This document shows, one piece after another, positions 1 through 11,658 of a stretch of 64,000 bases of DNA; within the stretch, counting starts at the first letter, position 1, and each line of letters opens with the position of its first letter. Both the position numbers and the translations under genes were made by a program. The notes below the pieces were generated by a model. That model was not told the origin of the DNA. It ran no database searches and saw only the letters and a list, made by a program, of their open reading frames with translations. This stretch comes from Squalus acanthias. Taxonomy: Eukaryota. Location of the stretch: NCBI GenBank assembly GCA_030390025.1, contig JASTWF010000051.1, positions 1,674,001 to 1,738,000 on the forward strand. Reading direction: 5' to 3'.

Positions 1-3000
1 CTTGAGGTGGTGAGCCGCCACTTTAACCGCTGCAGTCCTTGTGGTGAAGGTACTCCCACAGTGCTGTTAGGGAGGGAGTTCCAAGATTTTGACCCAGCGA
101 CGATGAAGGAACGGCGATATATTTCCAAGTCAGGATGGTGTGTGACTTGGAGGGGAACTTGGAGGTGGTGGTGTTCCCATGCACCTGCTGCCCTTGTCCT
201 TCTAGGTGGTATAGGTCCCAGGTTTGGGAGGTGCTGCCGAAGAAGCCTTGGTGAGTTGCAGCAGTGCATCTTATAGATGGTATACACTGCAGCCACGGTG
301 CATCGGTGGTGGAGGGAGTGAATGTTTAAGGTGGTGGATGGGGTGCCAATCAAGCAGGCTGCTTTTTCCTGGATGGTGTCAAGCTTCTTGAATGTTGTTG
401 GAGCTGCACTCATCCAAGCAAGTGGAGAATATTCCATCACACTCCTGACTTGTGCCTTGTAGATGGTGGAAAGGCTTTGGGGAGTCAGGAGGTGAGACAC
501 TCACCGCAGAATACCTAGCCTCTGACCTGCTCTTGTTGCCACAGTATTTATGTGGCTGGTCCAGTTAAGTTTCTGGTCAATGGTGACCCCCCAGGATGTT
601 GATGGTGGGGGATTTGGCGATGGTAATGACGTTGAATGTCAAGGGGCGATGGTTAGACTCTCGTTTGTTGGAGTTAGTCATTGCCGGGCACTTGTGTGGC
701 ACGAATGTTACCTGCCACTTATCAGCCCAAGCCTGAATGTCATCCAGGTCTTGCTACATGCAGGCATGGACTGCTTCATTTTCTGAGGAGTTGCGAATGG
801 AACTGAACACTGTGCAATCATCAGCGAACATCCCCACTTCTGACATTATGATGGAGCAAAGATCATTGATGAAGCAGCTGAAGATGGTTGGGCCTAGGAC
901 AGTGCCCTGAGGAACTCCTGCAGCGATGTCCTGGAGCTGAGATGATTCACGTCCAACAACCACAACCATCTTCCTTTGTGCTAGGTATGACTCCAGCCAG
1001 TGGAGAGTTTTCCCCCTGATTCCCATTTACTTCAATTTTGCTAGGGCTCCTTGATGCCACACTCGGTCAAATGCTGCCTTGATATCAAGGGCAGTCACTC
1101 TCACCTCACGTCTGAAATTCAGCTCTGTTGTCCATGTTTGGACCAAGGCAGTAATGCGGTCTGGAGCCGAGTGGTCCTGGCATAACCCAAACTGAGTGTC
1201 GGTGAGCAGTTTATTGGTGAGTAAGTGCCACTTGATAGCACTGTCGATGACACCTTCAACCACATTGCTGATGATTGAGAGTAGACTGATGGGGCAGTAA
1301 TTGGCCAGATTGGATTTGTCCTGCTTTTTGTGGACAGGATAATCCTGTGCAGTTTTCCACATTGACGGATAGATGCCAGTGTTGTAGCTGTACTGGAACA
1401 GCTTGGCTAGAGGCGCAGCTAGTTCTGGAGCACAAGTCTTCAGCACGATAGCCAGGATGTTGTCAGGGCCCATAGCCTTTGCTGTATCCAGTGCGCTCAG
1501 CCGTTTCTTGATATCATGTGGAGTGAATCAAATTGGCAGAAGACTGGCTTAAGTGATGGTGGGGACCTCAGGAGGAGGTCGATATGGATCATCCACTCGG
1601 CACTTCTGGCTGAAGATGGTTGCAAACGCTTCAGCCTTGTCTTTTGCACTCCGCCATCATTGAGGATGGGGATATTCATGAAGCCTCCTCCTCCCGTTAG
1701 TTGTTTAATTGTCCACCACCATACATGACTGGATGTGGCAGGACTGCAGAGCTTTGTTCTGATCCGTTGATTGTGGGATCGCTTAGCCCTGTCTATAGCA
1801 TGCTGCTTCCATTGTTTAGCATGTTTGTAGTCCTGTGTTGCAGCTTCCCCGGGTTGGCACCTCATTTTTAGGTACGCCTGGTGCTGCCCCTGGCATGCTC
1901 TTCTGCACTCTTTATTGAACCATGCTTGGTCCCCTGGCTTGATGGTAATGGTAGAGTGAGGGATATGCCGGGCCATGAGATTACAGGTTGTGGTGGAATA
2001 CAATTCTGCTGCTGCTGATGGTCCACAGTTCCTCATGGATGCCCAGTTTTGAGCTGCTAGATCTGTTCTGAATCTATCCTATTTAGCACGGTGGTAGTCC
2101 CACACAACATGATGGAGGGTGTCCTCAGTATGAAGATAGGACTTCATCTCCACAAGGACTGTGCCGTGGTTACTGCTACCAATGCTGTCATGGACAGATG
2201 CATCTGCGACAGGCAGATTGGTGAGGATGAGGTCAAGTAGGTTTTTCCCTCGTGTTGGTTCTCTCATCACCTGCCGCAGGCCCAGTCTGGCAACTATGTC
2301 CTTTAGGGCTCGGTCAGTATTGGTGCTACTGAGCCACCCTTGGTGATGAACATTGAAGTCCCCCACCCAGAATACAGTCTATGCCCTTGCTACTCTCAGT
2401 GCTTCTTCCAAGTGGTGTTCAACATGGAGGAGTACTGATTCATCAGCTGAGGGAGGGCGGTAGGTGGTAATCAGCAGGAGGTTTCCTTGCCCATGCTTGA
2501 CCTGAAGCCATGAGACTTCATGGGGTCAATGTTGAGGACTCCTGGGGCCACTCCCTCCCGACTGTATGCCACTGTGCCGTCACGTCTGGTGGGTCTGTTC
2601 TGCTGGTGGGACAGGACATACCCAGGGATGGTGATGGATGAGTCTGGGACATTGGCTGAAAGATATGATTCTGTGAGTATGATTATGTCCGGCTGTTGCT
2701 TGACTAGTCTGTGGGACAGTTCTCCCAATTTTGGCACAAGTCCCCAGATGTTCGTGAGGAGGACTTTGCAGGGTCGACTAGGCCGATGCCTGGTGGTCCG
2801 TCCGGTTTTATTCTTATTATTGTTTTTCACAGCAGTTTGTTACAACTGAGTGGCTTGCTAGGCCATTTCAGAGGGCAGTTCAGAGTCAACCACATTGCTG
2901 TGGGACTGGAGTTACATATAGGCCAGACCAGGTAAGGACGGCAGATTTCCTTCCCTTAAGGACATTAGTGAACCAGATGGGTTTTTACGACATTATTAGT

Positions 3001-3031
3001 CCAGTAACATAACCACTATGCTACCATTCCC
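1..3031 (-). mobile_element. Non-LTR retrotransposon family A (CR1/L2-group, APE endonuclease + RT), near full-length, frameshifted, with SINE-like 5' head
   Basis: Minus ORF fragments give EN motifs (LLTNIWGL, DIIILTES, GDFN, LDLILTN, S-H) and RT motifs (LDIKAAFDRV, GVPQGTVLGP, FADD). The same sequence recurs at 17977, 34990, 45243 and 53995. Confidence 0.93.
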
Positions 3032-4019
3032 TCATTGGTATTGACATCAAAACGAATGCTAATGCTGTCAGAGTTTGTGGGGTCAGTGGGAAGGCACTTC
3101 ATCTGCATGGGCCACTTAGGGTGCATCTTCAGCACCTGCTCACCCATTCCGGCCGGAAACCCCTCCTATCTAGTGCGGCTGCCAATGCGGCTGTCATGCA
3201 GTTGATAAAACTCCCAAGTGTAAATGATCTGAACTACCTTGTTCCAACAGAGACTCACTTTTTCATGGGTCTCCTATTTGCCATCTCAAATCATGATCTC
3301 TGCCAAAATAGCCTCCAAAGGGTATGCAAGAGATCAGCAGCAGAATTCAAATACAATGATTTTGGTGTTGGTTTCCCAGTACCCGCACTTCACCAAACAG
3401 TAACACTTTCACCTACAGCAGTATGTTTGTAACTGCAGCAACCTGTGCTGTAGGCTGTCCATAATGCTGCCTCTTCACCTATTCACCCTCAAAATCGTCA
3501 GTGCCACAGAAAGTGCTTCTGCAATCAAAGCTAAGTTTGGAGTGGCTTTCATGCTTCTTGCAAACTTTAACATTTGTCTCACATAGAATTCTTTTTGTAA
3601 CTTTTCCAAACTATTTTTATTTGTTGAGGCATTGTTAAAGTCATCGATTCAAGTATTATTCCTCAGTTGCTCTGTTGAATCTAACAGCAAGTCTTTTACC
3701 ATACCTGGCGTTAGTGAGGTGAATGAACAGGAAGATTTTCAAGTATCACCACAGTAGTGAATGAAATTATTATTGTGACTGTTTCTCTTTTCAGCTATTC
3801 TCATCCAGGTTCTATGACATGCCGAGATAATAATTAACTACGTATTAACACTTCTGTTCTCCAGATCACAGGATGCTTATGGATTGAAGTCAATGGAAAA
3901 GAAAATTGGACAGGGGGTATAATGGGTGGCCAATCCGATACCGCCAGTTTCACCGCCCCCCCACCATTTTGAAGGTACCCTCCGTGATACTAGTTGGGAC
4001 TAATTGAATGTACAACAAG

Positions 4020-4655
4020 GGGAGAGGCCTTTTATCTAAGCTTTGTGTTGCCCTGAGGATAAAGGTATTGGATGGGTGAATACAATCATACTTCCGTAAA
4101 GACTGTGAGAGTGACAATTGGAGGTCTGTGATTTTTGAATGTCAGCATGCTCCAAGTGGGGATGTTTCCATTTGAACCGAGGGTTTAAATGTTGATTTGA
4201 TAGAAGGTATTTAAAATTATGAAAGGATGTGGCAGAGTAGATCGAAGCAGGCTGTCTGCAGTGATTGAGGGTTCCAGAACGATGGGATTTAGATATAAGA
4301 TTAAATAGAAGAGATTTGGAACAAGAGAGCAGGAGAAATTTTTTGTTATACAGAGCCTTGTGACCCTTAGAATGCACTGCACAAGTTCATAATTGAAGCA
4401 AAGAAATTAGATTGAAAATTCCTTGAAGCTACTTCCGCTCCACTGCCATAACTTTGCCATAACTGTGGTGGAAACCCCGTTTATGCATGTAAATGGGTTT
4501 TCCACCGCATTTCTGGTGACGTTATAGTGGTGAAGTAGGAGCAGCTCGGAGCAAAGTCCTGATGTAAGTTAACATTTAACAATAGATTAGATAGGTGATT
4601 GAAGTAAAGTGGAATAAAGGGATATAGGGACAGAGCGGTGAATGAGATTGGGAAA
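4020..4655 (+). mobile_element. Old degenerate CR1-like 3' fragment, interrupted by a ~150-bp foldback element at ~4410-4565; its tail resumes at ~6128-6200
   Basis: CR1-like relics 'aggagaaattttttgttatacagag' and 'aagggatataggga'. The insert has inverted arms gtggtggaaacccc / gggttttccaccgc. Confidence 0.55.
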
Positions 4656-5379
4656 AAGAGAAAAAAGAAAGACTTGCATTTATATTCCCTCGTTCACAAC
4701 CTCAGGACATCCCAAAGCGCTTTACAACCAATTAGGTATTTTTGAAAGGTAGTCACTGTTGTAATGTAGGAAACACGGCAGCCAATTTGCGCACAGCAAG
4801 GTCCCACAAACAGCAATATGACGATGACCAGATAGTCTGTTATAATGATGTTGCTTGAGGGATAAATATTGGCCAGAACACCGGGAGAACTCCGCTGCTC
4901 TTCTTTGAAATAGTGCCATAGGTCTTGTACGTTCACCTGAGAGGACAGACAGGGCTTGGTTTAACTCCCTCAGTACTGCGCTGAAGTGTCAGCCTAGACC
5001 ACATACTCCAGGTCCTGGAGTGGGACTTTGATAGCGGATTGTTTACCGTGGTTACTGTCGCAACAAAGGATTGTTAGTCCTTCAACAATAACTTCCACAT
5101 GATTCAGGCCTGAATGGGTTATTCAACAACAAGTTTTAATATATATTGACTCAACAGTGTTATAATACAACTATCTTCAGATTACATTAAATGACAAGCA
5201 AGTAATACAACCTGGCTCCTTGGTCCAGAGTGATCAATTCAGGCTCTCTGGGCTGCCTGCTGTGGACTTCAGACCATCCTGAGAGCACTGTAACTCTTGG
5301 GAGGGAACAGGCTCTATCTTTATACTATTTGGCTACCTTGGGCTGCACAGACACATCTCTGTTCCTATATCTTAGTCAT

Positions 5380-5694
5380 GATGTGGAGATGTCGGTGTTG
5401 GACTGGGGTGGACAAAAGTGAGAAGTCGCACAACACCAGGTTATAGTCCAACAACTTTATTTGAAATCACAAGCTTTCGGAGCGCTGTCCTCGCATCCTG
5501 CCTCTAAGTCTTAGTTTCCCAGCTTTTTAAGTAGCTGGGTCTCTTAGCAAACAACACTCTTATCTATTCTCTGTCTTTGAGTTCCCAAACTGTCTTTTGT
5601 TCACACTTCACCTGACGAAGGAGCAGTGCTCCGAAAGCTTGTGAATTCAAATAAAGCTGTTGGACTATAACCTGGTGTTGTGCGACTTCTCACT
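5380..5694. mobile_element. PLE-derived foldback element with 14-bp TSD; centre replaced by a 122-bp templated insert
   Basis: TSD TATATCTTAGTCAT at 5366-5379 and 5695-5708. The inverted arms match the 46991-47209 copy. Confidence 0.85.
5607..5645 (+). ncRNA. Minimal type I hammerhead ribozyme motif
   Basis: TTCAC-CTGACGA-A-GGAGC agt GCTCC-GAAA-GC-TT-GTGAA: both core boxes, stems I and II, and palindromic AAGCTT stem III. Confidence 0.75.
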
Positions 5695-6499
5695 TATATC
5701 TTAGTCATTGATCCCACCCCCATGCTGACTTTGTGTTAGCTGACTTCACAGGGGTCATTACTGCAGCTGCTTCATCCACTATCTGCTTGTATAACAGTTT
5801 GTTCCTCTCAGGAATGTGTGAGCTTCTGTTATCAGAATACTGTCCTCGCATCCTGCCTCTAAGTCTTAGTTTCCCAGCTTTTTAGGTAGCTGGGTCTCTT
5901 AGCAACCAACACTCTTACCTATTCTCTGTCTTTGAGTTCCCAAACTGTCTTTTGTTCACACACAGATACAACTCAGTTTCTCCCCTTTCCACTGCTGGCG
6001 CAACGCGAGCTGGGATGCTTGACTACTTTCTTAGATTCAAGCCAATGTTAAAACATTCTAACAGGCGCGAACCCACAACCTCCTGATTCAGAGGTAAGAG
6101 TGCTACCACTGAGCCACGGCTGACACCTGCTGCTCATGTCAAGAATAAACACCAACACGGACTGGTTGGGCCAAATGCCTGTTTTCATGTTGCCTTAGCT
6201 TTGTAATTCTGTGTGGAACGCCATCAATTGCTTTTGGAAAGTCTAAGTACACAACATCATAGGGTTTATCGCAGTCAACTCGGATTGTTGCTTCCTCAAA
6301 GAAGTCAAGGATCTTTCTGATCAGACATTTGCACAGCCGTTTTTCTGAAAGTCCTGCGCCATGTCTAGGTTTAATCTTATGTTGGTTTCACCATAGCAGG
6401 GACATGACAGCATGAGTTGGGGAATAAACTGTTACTAAAATATTCAAAAAGTCATAGCTGACTCTGATAGTATGACATGATTTCTTATTCTCACTTTCT

Positions 6500-6905
6500 C
6501 ACCAGTTTGGCTCCCCCGCCTCCCCTGAAGGTGTTGGCTCCTTGCTGATAAGGTGCCAATCACTGCCCAGTACCTTTTCCAAGTGGCCATTCTTTATATG
6601 TGAACCTTGACGGTGATTGTTGGCAGACAGTTTGGCTGCAGAAATGTGGCCAATGAGTCTAAGTGTAAAATCACCTGATGTACAAACACAAACACTTCTA
6701 GCAGGGTTTGCTGAATAACAATCAGGCATGGGCAACCCTAACTGATTTTCCTTTGCCTAATGCCGGGTGCTGAGGCCTATTGTTGCATGGATACCACTGC
6801 CTGGGCTGAGATCAACCAACACCAATAGACTAGAGATCAAATTTGAGACCTTCTTGACCTGTATAGCTCAGCTACTTACTGAATGAATTCTATGAGCCAT
6901 TCGAG
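6500..6905 (-). mobile_element. Old tRNA-head SINE, unclassified family (related pieces at 31330-31490 -, 32900-33145 -, 46185-46550 +)
   Basis: Shared motifs 'aagtggccatt' and 'ggctgagatca(g/a)c' and a degenerate A/B-box-like head. Confidence 0.55.
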
Positions 6906-7163
6906 AAAACCCAGAGAGGGAAATGATAAAGGCTTCACTCTGGACAGTATTGCTATTATAGCCACTCACACTAATTAATCAATTAGTATTCCTACGAGAT
7001 GATCAATCACAAGTAAGAATATCTGGAGAATACACATTTGTGAAGCGACCACATGAGATCACTTTCATTGTCTCATGCATTCGTACCAGTTCAAAGAAGA
7101 CAGAATGTGTTTTGATTGCTAATTACATTAACGTGATAAATCAATTAAGACAATTATCTTTTC

Positions 7164-7286
7164 TTAAGAAACAGAAAGCTGATTAATCGTTGTCTGTTGT
7201 CTAATGATTAAACTGGGTGAACCATGATCCAGGTCTTTAAAACGATGCAAGGCATAGTCGACCATGCTGTTAGCTGGATATTTAAC
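7164..7286 (-). CDS. Candidate terminal coding exon of the FNDC4/5-like gene (VKYPANSMVDYALHRFKDLDHGSPSLIIRQQTTINQLSVS*)
   Basis: Pyrimidine-rich acceptor (...tcttctccactgcttacacctcag|), phase 0, open to TAA, on the same strand and downstream of the TM exon. The C-terminus only weakly resembles the FNDC4 end (SPSINTIDV, from memory). Confidence 0.33.
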   Translation of the reverse strand, partial: VKYPANSMVDYALHRFKDLDHGSPSLIIRQQTTINQLSVS

Positions 7287-7341
7287 CTGAGGTGTAAGCA
7301 GTGGAGAAGACAACACTGTACAATTTATTTTCTGAGTCAAA

Positions 7342-7431
7342 AGTGAGAAGTCGCACAACACCAGGTTATAGTCCAACAGTTTTATTTGAAATCACAAGCT
7401 TTCGGAGCTGCTGCCCCTTCGTCAGGTGAAG
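7342..7431 (-). mobile_element. Single-arm PLE terminal repeat with hammerhead motif on the minus strand (7392-7429)
   Basis: Minus strand reads TCAC-CTGACGA-A-GGGGC agca GCTCC-GAAA-GCTT-GTGA. Confidence 0.8.
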
Positions 7432-8139
7432 TAAAGGAATACGAATCGACAAAGCATATATAGATAGAGAACAATGCATGTGTAGCGTACAATGTCAGAC
7501 GACTACATTTAATCCTCCTGACTGCCTTTCGTCACACCTCGGCAGAGAAACAATCAGGTCAGCCAGGAAGGCACCACATCAAAGACATAGCAAGATACAA
7601 CTGAGACAATGAGGTGGGGTTACAGGGGGTCTAATGTGTCAAATGCTGCAGTCTGTATGGAAAACCATAAACTTTAAAAATGTTACTTTTTTTTTACTGG
7701 AAATCACTTTCTTAGTCAGTCAGGTGTCCAACACTCGGAAATCCATCACCATATATAAAAGTCTCCAAATAAGCTAATGAAAAGGCACTGCCTGTACTGT
7801 TTCTGTTTACTGGATGCGGAATGCACATTTTCACTCAGCAGTGACACTCCTCCCTTACCTACGTCCAGATAGCTTAGGCTTAGATCAGCAGAACCAAGTC
7901 TTAGGCACTCCCAAATGTGTGGACGGGTACTGCTGGAGATTATCCAGCTAAAACTGCAGAGATCAACACTTCAGAGCACTGTGAAGCTGCCTGCTGTTTA
8001 ATTCAGCTAGAAACACACTATCTGTTAGGGTATTGGTTTACAAGGCAGAGTGGGAAGAATTCCAGCCCCCAGTGACAGGTTTACTCCCCAAGTTTCTACT
8101 CGTGAGCCAAGCTGGCAGGTCAATCATTAACGGTGCCTT

Positions 8140-8392
8140 GTACAACAACAACATCAGCTCGCATCTAAATAGCGCCTTTACCATAGTAAAACCTCGCAAG
8201 GCATTTCACAGGAGCGTAATCAGACAAAAATTGACACAGTCAAAAAAGGAGACATTAGGACAGGTGACCAAAAGCTTGATCAAAGGGGTAGGCTTTAAGG
8301 AGTGTCATAAAGGAGGAAAGAGAGGAGGAGAGGTGGAGAAGTTTTTGGAGGGAATTCTAGAGCTTAGGGCATAGATGGCTGAAGGTACGGCA
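8140..8392 (-). mobile_element. L2-type LINE 3' fragment
   Basis: Reverse complement of the copy at 49820-50140 and similar to 63100-63410; has a (CAA)n tail. Confidence 0.7.
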
Positions 8393-8859
8393 TCACTGTA
8401 AACCGTCATACAAGCACAAGCCCACCGATTACAGCTCTGGTGGCAATAGTGAAGAGAATAGACATAAACCTGCAAAGAGACTTCCAGATCATAGCAACCA
8501 CGATGCATGCTGCTGTCTCTCAGGACTTTCAGGATAGATACCATTAGACCAGTCATCCTGCTGATGAGTAGGGACATGGATCCACAGCCCAGTGGAATGG
8601 CAATGGCCGAAGTCGACCTGCCTGATACTGCCGTCTCTCAGGACAGCATCACATGTCAGGCCTCCGGCCTTTCCTTTCAGAGCACCACATCAGTAGAATG
8701 TGGGAGGCAACACCAGGCTGCCCAGGAACAAGCTCCAGAGGTGCATCCAGCAGCTTCTCCCTGCCAGGAACCAACTGCCATGAGTGGAGTATAAATCAGG
8801 AAATTAGAGGCACATGTAACAAGAATAATACAGTAATTATGGGGGACTTTAATCTACAT

Positions 8860-8932
8860 CGAGCCCGGCACGGACTCGATGGGCCGAATGGCCTCCTTCT
8901 ATGCCGTTATGACTCTATGACTTATGACTCTA
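8860..8932 (+). mobile_element. Short CR1/HE1-type 3' tail inserted in the CR1
   Basis: gggccgaatggcctccttct followed by (TATGACTC)n, interrupting the GDFNLH-IDW coding sequence. Confidence 0.7.
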
Positions 8933-9682
8933 TCTAGACTGGGCAAACCAAATTTGCAGTAATAGTGTGGAGGACGAATTCATAGAATGTATGCAAGATA
9001 GTTTTCGAGATCAGTATGTTGAGGAGCCAACTAGGGAACAGGTTATTTTAGATCTAGTTTTGTGCAATGAGAAAGGGTTAATTAATAACCTTGTAGTAAA
9101 GGGGCCTTTACGGAAGAGTGACCAAAATATGATAGAATTTTATATTGAGTTTGAAAGTGATTTAGTTAAATCCAAAACTAAGGTCTTAAATCTAAACAAA
9201 GCAAACTATGTAGGTATGAGGGGCGAGTTGGCTAAGGTAGATTGGGAAACTACATTAAAAGGTATGATGGTAGAGAAGCAATGGCTAGCATTTAAAGAAT
9301 TAATACATAATTTACAACAAATATACATTCCTTTAAGGTGCAAAAACCCCACAGGAAAAGTAGTCCAACCGTGGCTAACAAGAGAAGTTAAAGATAGTAT
9401 TCGATCAAAGGAAGAGGCTTATAATGTTGCCAAAAGAGTAGTAAGCCTGAGGATTGGGAGGATTTTAGAATTCAGCAAAGGAGGACCAAGAAATTGATAA
9501 AGAAAGGGAAAATAGAATATGAGAGTAAACTAGTGAGAGACATAAAAACAGACTGTAAACGCTTCTATAGGTATGTAAAAAGGAAAAGATGAGCAAAAGT
9601 ATATGTGGGTCCCTTACAGACTGAGACTGGAGAAATTATAATGGGGAATGAGGAAATGGTTTAGAAATTAAACAAATACATT

Positions 9683-10431
9683 GGCCCAAAATTTGCGATG
9701 GGAGGCTTCCCACGGGCGGATGCCTCCAACCTGTAAAAAATCTATGCATTCACCTGGTGGTCTGGGAGGTATGGAGACTTGCGATCCTGGGCCTCTTCAG
9801 GTACACGCGAGCAGGGGCGCATGCGGTTCGCAAGCACCCCTGGGATCACGTGGGCCGGCCCAACCAATAAAAGAAGCGGAACCCCATTCTTACTTATGGA
9901 AGTTCCGTACGTACGGAAACCCCATAAGTGTTAACGGGGAATCGCTTAAAAAATACACAAACGCATGAAATAAATAAATAAATTACATATTTAAAATTAA
10001 TTAAAATGCCATTTAATTAAATCTTTTAAACGAAAATTTAATTGTCTGAAAAAAAAATTGTATGTTTTAATGGGGCTAAAAATAAACTTACCTTATTTGT
10101 CAAGGTTTTTAATGTATAAATGAGTGATAAAATTTTATTTTTCTATTATTTAAAACTCTTATGCTGGTAAAAGCAGGCCTTACACCTGCTTTTACCAGGC
10201 TTAAGAATTTCACAGGCATTCAGCGGGCGGAAGTTGGGCAAACAGCGCAACTCTCCACCCGCAGAGGCCCATCTCCCGGGGATGCGGAGGATCTGTCAAG
10301 AAGATTCTTGACAAATTGCAAGTTCCAGGTTTTAGCACATGCGCTTCACATGCCTAAACCCAGAACTTGCGCAGCCCCTACGGGCTCGTACACATCTCGT
10401 ACGCATCCGTAGGGGTCGCTAAATATGACCC
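9683..10431. mobile_element. Harbinger-type MITE, family 1 (AT-rich core)
   Basis: Imperfect TIRs GGCCCAAAATTTGCGA / TCGCTAAATATGACCC. It interrupts the CR1 and is homologous to 23621-24375 and 37919-38659. Confidence 0.75.
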
Positions 10432-10443
10432 TTTCTGTCTGTC

Positions 10444-11658
10444 ATAGAAACATAGACATAGAAGATAGGAGCAGGAGTAGGCCATTCGGCCCCTCGAGCC
10501 TGCTCTTTCATTCGATGAGATCATGGCTGATCATCCAAACTCAGTACCCTGTACCTGCCTTCTCCCCATATCCCTTGATACCTTTAGCTTTAAGAAATAT
10601 ATCTAACTCATTCTTGAATATATTTAATGACTTGGCCTCAACTACCTTCTGTGGTAGAGAATTCCACAGGTTCACCACTCTCTGGGTGAAGAAATTCTTC
10701 CTCATTTCTGTCCTAAATGGCTTACCCGTTATCCTTAGATTATGACCCCTGGTTCTGGACTCTCCGACCATCGGGAACATTCTTCCTGCATCTAGTTTGT
10801 CCAGACCTGTCAGAATTTTATATGTTTCGATGAGATCCCCTCTCATTCTTCTATACTCCAGCGAGTATAAGCCCAATCGGCCCAATCTCTCCTCATATGT
10901 CATTCCTGCCATCCCAGGTATCAGCCTTGTGAATCTTCGCTGAACTCCTTCCATGGCAAGAACATCCTTCCTCAGATAAGGCGACCAAAACTGCACACAG
11001 TACTCAAGGTGTGGTCTCACCAAGGCCCTGTACAACTGCAGCAGGACCTCCCTGTTCCTATACTCAAACCATTTCACTATGAAGGCCAACATACCATTTG
11101 CCTTCTTCACCGCCTGCTGCACCTGCATGCTTACTTTCAGCGACTGGTGCACAAGGACACCCAGGTCTCGTTGCACTTCCCCTTCTCCCAATCTATTGCC
11201 ATTCAGATAATAGTCTGCCTTTCTGTTTTTGACACCAAAGTGGATAACCTCGCATTTATCCACGTTATATTGCATCTGCCATGCTTCTGCCCACTCACCC
11301 AACCTGTCCAAATCATCCTGGAGTTTCTCGGTATCCTCCTCGCAGCACACACTCAAACCCAGCTTTGTGTCATCTGCAAACTTGGAGATATTACATTTAG
11401 TTCCCTTATCTAGATCATTAATGTATATTGTGAATAGCTGGGGTCCAAGGACCGATCCCTGCGGTACCCCACTAGTCACTGCTTGCCACTCGGAAAAAGA
11501 CCCATTAATTCCTACTCTCTGCTTTCTGTCCGCCAACCAGTTCTCTATCCAAGTCAATACCTTGCCCCCAATCCCATGTGCCTTAACTTTACACACTAAT
11601 CTCTTATGCGGGACCTTATCGAAAGCCTTTTGAAAGTCCAAATACACCACATCTACTG
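10444..11658 (-). mobile_element. Young 5'-truncated CR1 inserted antisense into the older CR1
   Basis: Intact 369-aa RT/C-terminal ORF (10541-11650), tail microsatellite, and GTC on both flanks. Nearly identical to 19373-21210. Confidence 0.95.

Larger units (their letters stand above)
5028..6063 (-). mobile_element. Possible solo LTR inserted in the DeuSINE
   Basis: Termini TGATAG...CTAACA and it splits the SINE cleanly. The TSD is not convincing. Confidence 0.4.
4666..6127 (-). mobile_element. DeuSINE (SacSINE1-like), split into 4666-5027 and 6068-6127 by a ~1-kb insert
   Basis: Reverse complement of the copies at 39117 and 50544. The tRNA-like head continues at 6068 (gaacccacaacc...ctgagccacggctgacac). 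Confidence 0.8.

Noticed and set aside
3035-3800. Coding-like stretch / ORF 3121-3432
   Set aside because: No recognisable domain or splice structure in any frame.
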